The position numbers were made by a program, and so were the translations under genes. 64,000 bases of DNA from assembly GCA_050273025.1 (NCBI GenBank), contig CP158636.1, positions 558,001 to 622,000 on the forward strand, written 5' to 3'. Below the pieces are notes generated by a model. It was not told the origin of the DNA and did no database searches. It saw only the letters and a list, made by a program, of their open reading frames with translations. Within the stretch, counting starts at the first letter, position 1; the number at the start of each line of letters is the position of its first letter. This document shows positions 13,213 to 24,638 of the stretch, one piece after another. This DNA comes from Cenococcum geophilum (taxonomy: Eukaryota).

Positions 13213-14100
13213 CTTCGTGCAGAGCATCGTGCAGAGCATCTTGCAGAGCATCGTGCAGAGCCTCGTGCAAAGCTTCGAGCAGAGCCTCATGCAGAGCTTC
13301 GAGCAGAGCTTCGAGCAGAGCCTCGTACAGAGCTTCGAGCAGAGCTTCGAGCAGATCTTCGAGCAGAGCTTCGAGCAGAGCCTCGTGCAGAGCTTCGAGC
13401 AGAGCTTCGTGCAGAGCTTCGTGCAGAGCTTCGTGCAGAGCTTCGTGCAAAGCCTCGTGTAGAGCTTCGTGCAAAGCCTCGTGCAGAGCTTCTGTAAAGC
13501 TTCGTGCAGAGCTTCGTGTAAAGCTTCGTGCAGAGCTTCGCGCAAAGCTTCGCGCAGAGCCTCCGTACGCAGAGCTTCGCGCAAAGCCTCGTGCAGAGCC
13601 TCCGTACGCAGAGCTTCGCACAAAGCCTCGTGCAGAGCCTCCGTACGCAGAGCTTCGTGCAAAGCTTCGTGCAGAGCTTCGTGTAAAGCCTCCGTACGCA
13701 GAGCTTCGTGCAGAGCTTCGTGCAGAGCCTCCGTACGCAGAGCTTCGTGTAAAGCCTCCGTACGCAGACCTTCGTGCAGAGCTTCGTGCAGAGCCTCCGT
13801 ACGCAGAGCTTCGTGTAAAGCCTCCGTACGCAGACCTTCGTGCAGAGCTTCGTGCAGAGCCTCCGTACGCAGAGCTTCGTGTAAAGCCTCCGTACGCAGA
13901 CCTTCGTGCAGAGCTTCGTGCAGAGCCTCCGTACGCAGAGCTTCGTGTAAAGCTTCGTGCAGACCTTCGTGCAGACCTTCGTGCAGACCTTCGTGCAGAC
14001 CTTCGTGCAGACCTTCGTGCAGACCTTTGAGCAGAGCTTTGTGTAGGCATTTGTGTAGCGTTTGTACAGACGTTCATGCAGACATTCGTGCAGACGTTTG
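13213..14100 (+). repeat. 12-bp minisatellite (GCAGAGCTTCGT)n with a GCCTCCGTACGCAGA variant
   Basis: Directly visible tandem array; it explains the stop-free ORFs in several frames. Confidence 0.97.
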
Positions 14101-14451
14101 TAGCCCCCTAAAATAGTAGTAATAAGCAGCTTAAAGTCCTTAGGTGGTTGTTGTTTGGGTAGGTTGTAGGCGATTCAATAAACACATCGCCCGTTCGGCG
14201 GCGCTTTTTACTAGATATCGTAGAGGCGTACGGAGTAGATATACTCATCGATTATAGAGCTGCTTCTGCGGATTAATTTAACGGTATTTCTAAGATGATA
14301 GCTGTTGTGGGGTGGTAGATCAATTTCGTTGAAAAAGGTGACTGCTCTACATACAAAATAAGTCGGATCGCCTAAGAAACCTTGCGAAAGTCTCAGACCA
14401 TAGAATCAACTTTTTGACAAAAAAGGTTAGCGATATCAGCTTGCGGATATA

Positions 14452-15313
14452 CAGTAAAACCTCGTTATACCGTTCAGCTCGGTAGTAGGGGGTTTGAACG
14501 TTATGCCGTATGGAAACGTTATATTGCGAGCTCACTTATTAATCGCTGCAAGGGGCTAAATTAACTCTTCTCTCTATCCATAACTACTTAAAGAAGCTCG
14601 TAATAGTCGTCTGCTTTACTCGCGCAACTCAACGGTCTCGAAGTACTCTCTCTGCCTTTATAAGAGCTGTAATTAAAGTCTCATTACCCTCCTCTTGCTG
14701 CCCCTCATAGAGCTTAAGGCGCTCTAGTGCATCTAAACTCATCAAGCTTAATAGCTTGTGGCTCAACCTCATTATCGCTTCCTTGTTATCTGGTGTATTA
14801 TATAAGGGCGTCAAAATTAATCGGTAAAAAAGCGAGCAGCGTCTCTCTGAGGTTTTTAAGGGTTCTTACGGCAGTATACCCGGATCTGCTGCCTCTTATG
14901 CTCTGAAACACCATAACCAAATTGCGCCCGGTGGAGATGGAATTTAAACCACCCCTATAATAATCTATAGATATACATTCACCAGTTGGTTAAACTATAG
15001 ATTAATAAAGCAGATGTATGCAGTTAACCTCCATTAAGAATTAAGCAATTCCGTTAAAGAATGGTTGTTCCTAATCCTCCAGGGCAATTAACCTCCCATC
15101 GGGCGCCCAAATTAGCCCCAAAAATAGGGTTTCCAACACCACAATAGCTCGCGCTATACCGTTCTTGTATGAGAGAGCTTTAAACGTAACGGCGTATTAA
15201 ATTTAAACGTAAAGCCTTACACGCCTTATAGTAAAATCAACTGTTCCTAGCTATTGACCGGTATACCGTAGATGAACGGTGTACCAAGATAACGTTAAAA
15301 CGCGGCTTTACTG
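14452..15313 (-). mobile_element. Internally deleted pogo/Tigger-like (Tc1-mariner superfamily) element
   Basis: Imperfect TIRs CAGTAAAACCTCGTTATACCGTT / AACGTTAAAACGCGGCTTTACTG with TA duplication (14450-51, 15314-15). A minus-strand remnant ends ALERLKLYEGQQEEG...KQTTITSFFKS, typical of Tigger-like C-termini. Confidence 0.8.
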
Positions 15314-16100
15314 TACGTATGTCCGCTAATTAATTCTTTATCTCGGTCCCAGACGATCAGCCAATCATAAGCTGCTTATATAACAGATTAATCATCTTAT
15401 GTTATTGTCGTCTGGTACACGGTTTGGAAATTTATTAGTCCCTCGCGCTAATTTGTATATGATTCTTATACAAACTCGCACGCCATACTAAATTTTCAGC
15501 CATTAATTAATAACGAACCAACACCTTTATAAACAATCGGCCAATGTTATGTTCTAGAACTTTATAAGGCGATTCCAACGCTACCAAAATTATTGCGAAC
15601 GGCCTAGTGGTTACTGCTACATTTCGCCTTAAATAAGCAGGTCTCCCCTTTAAAGCTCCGCCCAAAACCCTACTGCCATTAATTAATAACAAACTAACGC
15701 CTTTATAGACAATCGGCTAATGTTATATTCTAGAGCTTTATAAGGCGATTTTAACGCTGCCAAAATTATTACAAACGGCCTAGTAGTTACCGCTACGTTT
15801 TGCCTTAAATATTACCGCTATAAACAGTAAATATTTAGCCAGAGCCATCAACCATTACTAATCCTTAACGTTTAACCTCCTATATTAATATTTATAGTAG
15901 ATAAACACCTAAATAGCTAATATATTGTATCTAGATTAATTCTGTGCCTTATTACCTACTTTATTACTCCTCTGCTACCTACACTACCTAAACATTAACC
16001 TGCAAACCCCCTACCGACTCTATGTTTACCAATAAGCTATATACCGCTATTTGGTATAAAGAAACGCTTAAAGGCCTTAATAAGGAAGCTAAAAGTTGGA

Positions 16101-18632
16101 TATACGCCCAGTATAGTACGCAACTGTCCTCGTACTGCTAGCGAGGTAGTGGATAATACTATTGGTATAGTAAACGTCTTTAAAAAGCAACGTATTGATA
16201 ATAAGGCGTCTTAGTCACTGGCAGTAGATGGTAAAGCTCCTTAGTTACTACGGACAGATTTACAAATATCTTAACTCTCTACCAGCTTGGCTAGCTAGGA
16301 TATACCTTAACTCTCTACTAGCTTGGCCTGTTAGGATACACTAAAGATATAAGTAGCTAGAGCTTAGAGAAAAATCTAAGACAAAAAGAAGCCTAATATA
16401 ATAACTTAAGCACGAGATAACGCAATTTAGGGTACTATATTACTGCTATACGGCGACGAATTCTATGTAAAAAATAAGTAGGTAACCTGTATTTGGAGGC
16501 TAATCTATAATTGCATTAATGTTATCCTTATTATATAAACCGGCTTTGGTAAAAGCCTTATTATATAAGTAATTTTAATCCTTTATAAAAATACTATATC
16601 GCTGATATTTCTTCCTCTAAACGAGATTATAAAAGAGCAAGTTTAAAAGGTTAATCAGATTAGTGGTAATACGCTACTCCTTAACGCTGACGTTAAGGAT
16701 ATAAATAAAGCGCTTAAGAATGTAAGAGCCGGCCTATATACTTATATCTTCATTAGTTCTAAGCTTACTAATATACTATCTTTCCGAGATCTGCTTAAAG
16801 ACCTTAAGTTTAAGAAGTAATTAGCCCTGGTTGCTGTTAATAAAGCTTATCTTGTTATACAATGGGGTAAGAAGTTTTGCCCTAAGTATGCGCAGCTACG
16901 CTATGTGCGCAATCTAATTAGAAGCTTAGTTCCGTAGTTTGCCTATTCTATAACTTTTAATCCAGAAACGTTAGAAACGGTAAAGAAGTCTTTAGGCTTT
17001 AATAACACTAATATATACCTTAAGTAGACTTCTATTTCCCGTAGAGAGCTTATCTTTTGTCTTGGCCAGATATTAAAGGATATAATTGCTAAATACACCT
17101 CGCTCCGCTTCCTTTTTGATAAGGCTGTTAATCCTCCAACTATTAAAACATATATCGATCCTGCCGTCTTTTAGGGAGGGAGCTGCTTAGCTACTCCGTA
17201 TAAGATTCTAAAGACTATTATATTCTTTAATACTAGAGTTTAAGCTATAGAGGCGCATAGAAGCATATCTAAGTACCTATAGCAGCTATATCTAGCTTAA
17301 TATACTAAGAATATTACCCGCTTAATTATGGCCGTATTCCATTAAACAACCTCATTATTTAGCAAGAAGTTAATACTAGATAAGTTTAGGAAACTGGCAG
17401 AATCTTTTAAGATTTAAATTATTTTTGCCATAGAGGCTATTAGGATTAGTGTTGATCTTCTAGACGTCCGCAAAGTGGTTATATATATAATACCGGCGCC
17501 TAAATAACATTTCTCTTTTCTTTTATAGCGTGGTGGTTAAGCTAGTTGTAATAGTAGAAGGGCTAAAGTAATCTTTTTATTTAAACACTAGTACTTTAGT
17601 AAATAAGACCTACTCTTATAGCTAAAGCTAAAGGCAGTACACCGTTTAAATTCTCGCCGACAGCGACAGTCTTACGTACTATTATCCCACCCCTCTTCTA
17701 CCTCTTAGCCATTACTATTACGCGGATCCCAATCACCGTCAGTTAATTCTATAAACTTAGATAACTTGTTAGCTAGTAACACCATCTAGTTAAAGCGGGG
17801 AGGTAAAAAGGAAGATAAGTAGAAGCGTATAGAGATAAGAGATAAGTTTTTCTAGCTATGTAACGATTATAAGTGTATTAAGGAAACACTATATAAGTAT
17901 TTCGCCGAGCCTAACGCTTTAATTGCTGCCAATACCGATAAAGGCTCCTGCTGTAGTTACTGTAATGACTCTCTTTAGTTAAGAACGCCCGAACGTGAAA
18001 TATATAATGAGAAGGGGGCAAATCTGGATGCTAAAAAGAATTATATCCTTAAGAGACTTTAGACGTGGGCTTAAACATCAGTAGTACCTACAGCTATTGG
18101 TAGATCTGCTCTATTTCTAATACATTACACTGTTGCCGTTCTATATACTATGCTATATTAAATAGCATGTTAATTCCACCTAATTACTATACGCGAACAC
18201 CTTAACAACTATATAAACAAATGGGAGCACGCAGATCTACTATCTGAAAGTCTATGGTAGGAGCTGCGTGCGGCCAGTCTTAAATATAATCATATACTAC
18301 ACCCTTCTTCATAGGGTATAGATGCGATATTTAGGATTTCTAGTGTTAATCTAACGCCGAGCCAGAGTTAAACTTCATTAATTAACTCCCTGTTTAATGC
18401 TGCTATATCTACTACTACCACCAGTTAAGCTATATCAGTTACTACCGTATCCGCTGTATAACCGCAACTCTTTTTAAGCCTACCCCCGCGCCAGTCTCCT
18501 CTATGCAATACTTAGGTACTATTACCTATAAGATATAGCCCATTAAGCTTACGAAGCCTAAATATATAATATATCTAGAACACACTGGATGTAAGGAAGA
18601 GAAAGAGGTTTTAGTTATTGTCGCGGTTATAA
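16101..18632 (+). pseudogene. RecQ-like superfamily 2 DNA helicase, RIP-inactivated; start approximate
   Basis: TGFGKS (motif I, 16539), FLPLNEI..EQ, VAVNKAY (VDEAH) followed by QWGKKFCPKY, IFAIEAIRISVDLLDV (motif V), *RGG*AS (QRGGRAG), Zn site CIKETL...CCSYCN. Confidence 0.9.
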
Positions 18633-19109
18633 AGGGAAGGTAAGTTGTTGCTATTCTGATAATATTTTTATACCCTATATGTTCCGCTAAGCCCTATTAC
18701 TAATAAGCTATTTAATATATATATAGTGGTATATAGGGAGCTTTAGCTTTATAACCGGATTAATATTACTGCCGTTATAGGTAGTATAGAAGGGTAAAGC
18801 CTAACACTAAAAGATAATACTTAATTAAGCATTGTAAATACAAGAACGGAATAACTTAAGTTATACTAGAGAAGTCGTTAATTAATAGAGGGTAGAGGAG
18901 AAGTTGTATTAAGGTAAGGTAAGGTTAAAACCTAAGCTCCTTCTAAAATATATATAACCCTAAGTCTTATATATATAATAAGAAAACGAACTAAAATAAC
19001 TGAGGGGCATTTAATACTACTATATTACCTCCCCTACCTAAAACGTTGTCCCCTAACGTTTCCTTATATCTCCCGAAGTGGGTAATAAATGCCCTAAAAA
19101 AGAAGACAC

Positions 19110-22100
19110 CCTAACGCCTAATACTTCTCTAACTTATTAAAAGCTGCCTATACTCCCTTCTTAATCATTACCTCCGCTTCTTCTATATTATCCTTATCTA
19201 CTATACCTTTTACTTTAAGTTTTACACTCCTATTATCCTATATATTAATATCTCTAGCTTAGAGGTTTAAAAACACTCTTTCTCTAATAGCATACATTTC
19301 TGCTTGCATTTTCTTCTATAAGGGAGATTGTAGAATACTAGAGTTAATTACCTGCTCTCCTAAAGCAGCACCCCTTTCCGAAATTAGTGAAGGCGTTAGG
19401 CGGTACAATACTGCTGGTTTATTGGTGTCTTTTAAGGTACTAATAACTTTCGATGATTATTTAGGGGCAGTATCCTAGAGGCTATTTCCCTTAGGCTTAC
19501 TTAGATCCTTTAGTTTATGGTTAATCTTTATAGGTACTACTTTATTATCGAAGATATTAGGACTAAGGTTTAGAGTAGTAGTCCTAGCGCCTTAAGGCGT
19601 AATAGCCCTATCCTTACCTTTAGTGTAGCCTTTAGAACTATGCTTGGTTAACGGAGGAGCGCTAGAAGTTATACCCTTGTTTTCTAGATCTAAACTTAGG
19701 TCTTTAAGGTATTCTAAGTCATCTGCGGGACGCCTATAGCCTTATTCTTTTACTAAAAAGTAAGACCTTGCCCTAAATACCTCTCGTTCAAATTCCTTAA
19801 GCTCTTTAAAACTGTTATAAACAGCCTTAACAACACGCGCCCTATATCTTTCCTGAAATGCTTCGTATTTATTATTTAAGGTAGGATTTAGGATTACCCG
19901 CTGTTCTGCCCTTACTTAAGGATTATCCTATAAAAGTCTTCTAACTAAAGCATTTAAAAGGGCACTCTTTGCCTGTAGTTATATATAGGCCGGGAATTTA
20001 TATAGAGGAATACTAGTAATAGGTTCGCTAGTAGGAGTTAAAACCAGGGGAAGACTAGTCAGATTTATCTATATAACCTTCTACTAGCTCTTAAGCCTAG
20101 GGATTTCTAATTTCCTAGTATTTGGCAGGATTGCGATTAAGTCTAGAGTAATAATTAAGCGGCTTAATGTTGCTTAAGATGCTCCTTATATAATAGTAGC
20201 TTTTATAAACCGTACTTCTCCAGTTTTTAACGCAATGGGTATTTAGTTAAGCTCGAACCTCTTAGCATCAGCCCTAGTTTAGGCCGTCTCCATATTCTTA
20301 ATACGCCCCCTACTATTAAGTTCTCCGCGCTCTTAAAGCAAATCTACCTATTCCGGTATATACTAATGCATTCTAGGTAGGAGTTCTATATAAGACTGAC
20401 TCCCCTCCTTAACTAAGGAAATATAAGAATAAAGCTAGCTATCTCCAGAATTTGGCCCTCCTTTACGTACCCGGAGAAGATTAATTTCTAAGTTCTATTT
20501 TTTAGGAAGATGGCTATTGAGAAACCGGAGCGCGTAGCTTGGATATACAATAAAACAAGTAGTATTATTAGTACGTAAAGCCACAGTATGTCTATAGTGC
20601 TCTAGATCTATATAAACCACCTATTATAGTAAGGAATAATATATAGTCCGGAGGATACTATCTTTCTTTTCCCTAGCAGTCTTTCGTAAATGGTGTGCGT
20701 ATATATTAAACTCTTCTTTAAAAATACCTAGAATTCTAACGTCTTCCTACTATTCAAATAAATTGGCGTGGTGGATTCCGAGCAGGTCCTATTTAAGTTC
20801 CCCTTTTAAGCCTAATATAAGCTTTCTTAATCCTATATGGTCTACTAAATAATTGCTAGGCTATATAGTAGAATAAGCGTAAATTCTGAGGTTATCGTTT
20901 GTATGCTCTGGGCGACTATTCTTTTTAAACTAGAAATAGGAGCTTTCAGCCGTTTGGAGAATGTCAATAGTATTATAGTTCTTAGAGACTGAGTGGATTC
21001 GTAAATATAAATTAGTAGAAAAAACGCTAGTATCTAATCCTAATAACCCTGCCATTTTTTGAAGATGCATTCGGTATAACGCGCGGACTTCTATTCTATT
21101 TCCTTGCTAGGCCGTAATAAATTGGTGTAAGATAGAAAAGATACCATTTTTTGGCTCTTTCTTAGAATTAAGGGCCTTAATTAATTCAGTTGGCGTTTTA
21201 GAATAACACAAGCATTTTATTTTCCGCTTCGGCCGTACTTTTATAACGATTACCTCTCCTTTAGCAATTATTATTGCTTTTCCCTTCTGCCTGTTAGCTC
21301 TACTAGAAGCTAGAGGCTCCGCAGGTCCTATCTTTAGCTTCTTTTTTAGGGATTTCTTAAAAGCTTTCCTAGCCCTATATTTCTGTAGGGAGCTGGCAAC
21401 AAGGTTATCCTCTAAAGACGTAGATTTATTAGATTTGGAGTCTTCTCCTTATGCTTTAGGTACCTTGCCTCTAAATAGAAACGAGCTATACAGCATTCTT
21501 ACGTTTAAGCCTTTAACCTCCTTAAAAGGTAACAGTAGAGGTGCTAAAGTAACTGGCTCTGGTGCAGATTCCTCTTTAGTTTTAATAGTTAAGGCTAGTA
21601 CTAAAAGCTTATGGCCTTGGCTTAGATAATAAATAAGCTTCTATTTCTTAATTAACTCCTTATTAACTACTAATCCAAATTTATAGGCGGTGAGAAAGTC
21701 TAAGGGTGTTGGGTATAGGGTCCTTAAGATCTTAGCCTTTAAGAGTTCTAGGCGGCTTAGTATTGTATTATTGATTATTTCTAACGCATCTTTCCTGGAG
21801 ATCTAACTTCTTTTTACTTGATTAATAAAGATATGGATACTTTTTAGTGCGTAATATATATAGAAGAGCTTGTAGGGACCTTCTAAAAGTTCCTCTCCCT
21901 ACTCCTTTTTAATTATATTTCGCACCGCCTTAATCTCATTAATTTTATAGGTAATCTTAGAGAGCTTTCTAATGTCTATAAAGGCGTTTTCCTAATCTTT
22001 ATTTCCCAAATTTCCCTTAAGCTTATTATCCTTCTTAATCTCAACTATTATATTTTTCGCAGCTTTAACTATATTATGCTCCTAGTTTATAATAGCCTGT

Positions 22101-22300
22101 ATTAAACTATAATAGATATTCACGCGCTAATTAACTAGGTGGCTTTGGGCGGCCCTAAGGATGACCTCCATTATCTGCGCCTTTCCTTGGTATGTGAGGG
22201 CCATTAACTAGATAGTAGGAGGCAGAGGCGCGGGAGGTAGAGGTATAGGAGGTAAAGGCGGCGGCTTTCCTTTTAAGCGGAGTTCCATAGTTCTAGACAT
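19110..22300 (-). pseudogene. Accessory ORF (~1060 codons) between pol and the 3' LTR; C-terminal half resembles fungal PhyH-like 2OG-Fe(II) dioxygenase-fold proteins
   Basis: ATG at 22300, single frame with RIP stops. Motifs EEFNIYAHHLR, YYSLL**V..D.EHY...VALR, VYPSYA, SLVKE....ELLPRMH, GEVRF, YKFPA, NALVRRL.*DNP, E.EVF..RSYF. The family call is from memory of similar proteins only. Confidence 0.55.
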
Positions 22301-23449
22301 TTTTATAGTAATATTTTGTGTGCGCAATAGGCGTATAGGTAGTATTTTAAGATAAGAGTTATAATAGTGTCTTTTAACGTAAGAGAAAAGTAAATAGGCG
22401 CGTATAACTAAATAAGACGAGATAATAAGAAATTAAAATAAAGGCCTTATAGTATTTTCTAGAAAAAGGTAAATTAAAAAGGACCGTTATATGAATTATT
22501 AATATGTTGAGGAACTTTAACCGGCGGTTGAAGTTATCTAATTAGTTAGATTTTCCTTGCTAAGACTTTTCCATAACAATAACATTAGTTAGTACTAAAA
22601 ATTAACTTTAACCTCTGATATGCTTAACTAAGGTTTCTTAAAGTAAGTAGCTCTTTTCTTAACTTAAAAGGAAATAAAAATGCTAAATTAAAAATTACAG
22701 AGTATAAAAATATAAAATACTTATAAGAGATAGTTACTAGTAATGAGGATAAAAGGAAGAAGACCACGCATAAAGTTATTCTCTATAAGAGCAGTTATTA
22801 AGACTAAGGATTTAGAACTAGCTTTAAAGAAGTAAACTCTTTTCCTAATTACTTATGGCAGTAAGGTAGAAGTATAGTAGAAGACTTTTAGTCTCTAAGA
22901 GTGCTAGCCATTATAGTGCCGAGTGTTCCTTAGATAAGCCTTACTTATAGTTACTTTGCGCGTTCGTTGTGGAGATAAAGAGAAGAAAGAGAAAGAGTTG
23001 CTGCTTATAATAATAGGTGTCCTAAGTAACGGCTTGCCTATAGAAGGATCTTTATAGAAGACCGTCTCTTGGTAGAGCTATAATCCTTAAGACATAATAA
23101 AATTATAATATAATTAAAAGGGAGGAACGTATATAAAGGATAGGTAGAATCAACTATAACTATAATATAATCTTAGTTAATTACCGTTTATAAAGGCTTT
23201 CTCTCTCACTTCTTTCCTTCTGCTTTCTTTCCTTAGAAGGGTTTAATTAAGCTTAGCTTGCACAATCCTTATGCTAATAAAGTAGTACGGCGCCATACCA
23301 GTGTAGCAGGAAACTAGCTATTTATCTTTTAGGAAGCTTAAAGGAACTCTTTTAATAAGTAATAGCAATTAAGTTGCTTAAATAAGAGGGTAGGAGGACT
23401 TTTATAAACGAGAACTCAGCTAATTCTTCCTAGAGATTACCTTTTCTCT

Positions 23450-24420
23450 ACCTACGCTACGGCCTCCTCCTCAGGTGCCTCCTCTTCTGCGGGGACCTCT
23501 TCTATATTATATTACTTTCATTTATACAGCCTTCTGGTCTAACTTCCTTAAGATCTTATATAAGGAACCGTTTTAACCTATTCCCATACAGATTGCCTCT
23601 TATTTTAGTACTATTAAGTTTATAAAACCCTTTTTCTAATGCCATTTTAATCCAGAAGGGACCCTGCTATTTTAGCTATAGCTTTTACCACCGCGACATA
23701 TCTTTTGCCTTCTTTACATCCTATACTAGCACAAGCCCCTTAGACTTAAGCTTGCCCTTATAGGTATTCTCTATTAGCTAGACAATAGCGGTATATCCTC
23801 TCCTAAGCTTCTTCATTATTTATCTCTTATTGCTTAAACTATTTCATTTTTAGAATAATTAACTCTTCTATTATCTTCACCTTATTTTACAGGAGTGTCT
23901 ACTATATAGGAAGGCAGAGCTTAATTAGGGGTATATATTCTTATCCATAGAGCATTTAAGCTAGTATTATTCCCATTATTGCCTTAACCGTTGTTTAGTT
24001 AGCCTAAAGCGCTTTTGTTAGATTCTGCACCTAGTCGCCTTTATACTTCGCTAACGCTGCTACTAGAGGCTAATATCCTCTCTTAACTAGGCCTTATTCT
24101 TATAGATAGTAGGCTAATACAACTACTTAATAAATCCTATATGTTTTTGCGAGAATAGCAACTATATCCTTATTCTCTAGTCCTTTATCAACAAAGAGTT
24201 GTCTAAACACTCCCTATCTTAGATAACCTCTTCCTATAGAAATTTTGCTACTGCTTTAGATGTTGCATTTGTTAGAGCTTTTGCCTCTAGCTAGCCTAAA
24301 AGGTACTCTCTAGCTACTACTAGATACTGCTTTCCTAATTTGGCCGTTGGCGTATAGACAATATCTATTAAGGCCTATTCCTAAAGGGTAGCCGTCTAAG
24401 TTGGATATAAGGCTTCCTCT
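23450..24420 (-). pseudogene. Gypsy integrase core and C-terminal GPF/SH3 region (no chromodomain seen)
   Basis: IDIVYTP, YLVVAREYLLG*LEAKAL, VDKGLEN, GLVKRGY (GLVERGH), KL*LK*QGPFWI, YGNRLKRF. Confidence 0.85.
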
Positions 24421-24638
24421 ATAGAGGTAGTAGAGGAAGCGGCAGAAGCTGTAGTAGAAGCTAAGGAAGAGGAGTAGATTTAAGAATCTTATTAAGAATA
24501 TTATTGAAGTTAAACTAAGTATCTAATATTTTAATAAGCTTATAGGCAAAGCTATAGGTTAATTAGATCTAGCTGCTTTTTAAAAGGGAAGGTAATATAT
24601 AGACACTAATCTAATTATAGCAGTAAATAATAGAGAGC

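Larger units (their letters stand above)
18782..24638 (-). mobile_element. Gypsy-type LTR retrotransposon 3' portion, unit 1 (LTR ~18782-19020, PPT, extra ORF, integrase)
   Basis: LTR with de-RIP TGGTGTGGAA..TTCCACACCA ends; polypurine tract GGTAGGGGAGG on the minus strand next to it; integrase core at 23450-24420. Confidence 0.8.

Noticed and set aside
13106..14116. Overlapping long ORFs (323, 215, 182 aa, etc.) as protein-coding genes
   Set aside because: They are open in nearly all frames only because the 12-bp unit lacks stop codons; the translations are 4-residue repeats.
15515..15812. Direct repeat as a separate small LTR element
   Set aside because: No TG..CA ends or TSD; it is a local duplication in the family-A left end and is single-copy at 32675-32800.
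16101..18632. Telomere-linked helicase or host SGS1/RecQ gene
   Set aside because: No TTAGGG arrays nearby; it lies within TIRs opposite a transposase-like gene and is RIP-mutated like a repeat.
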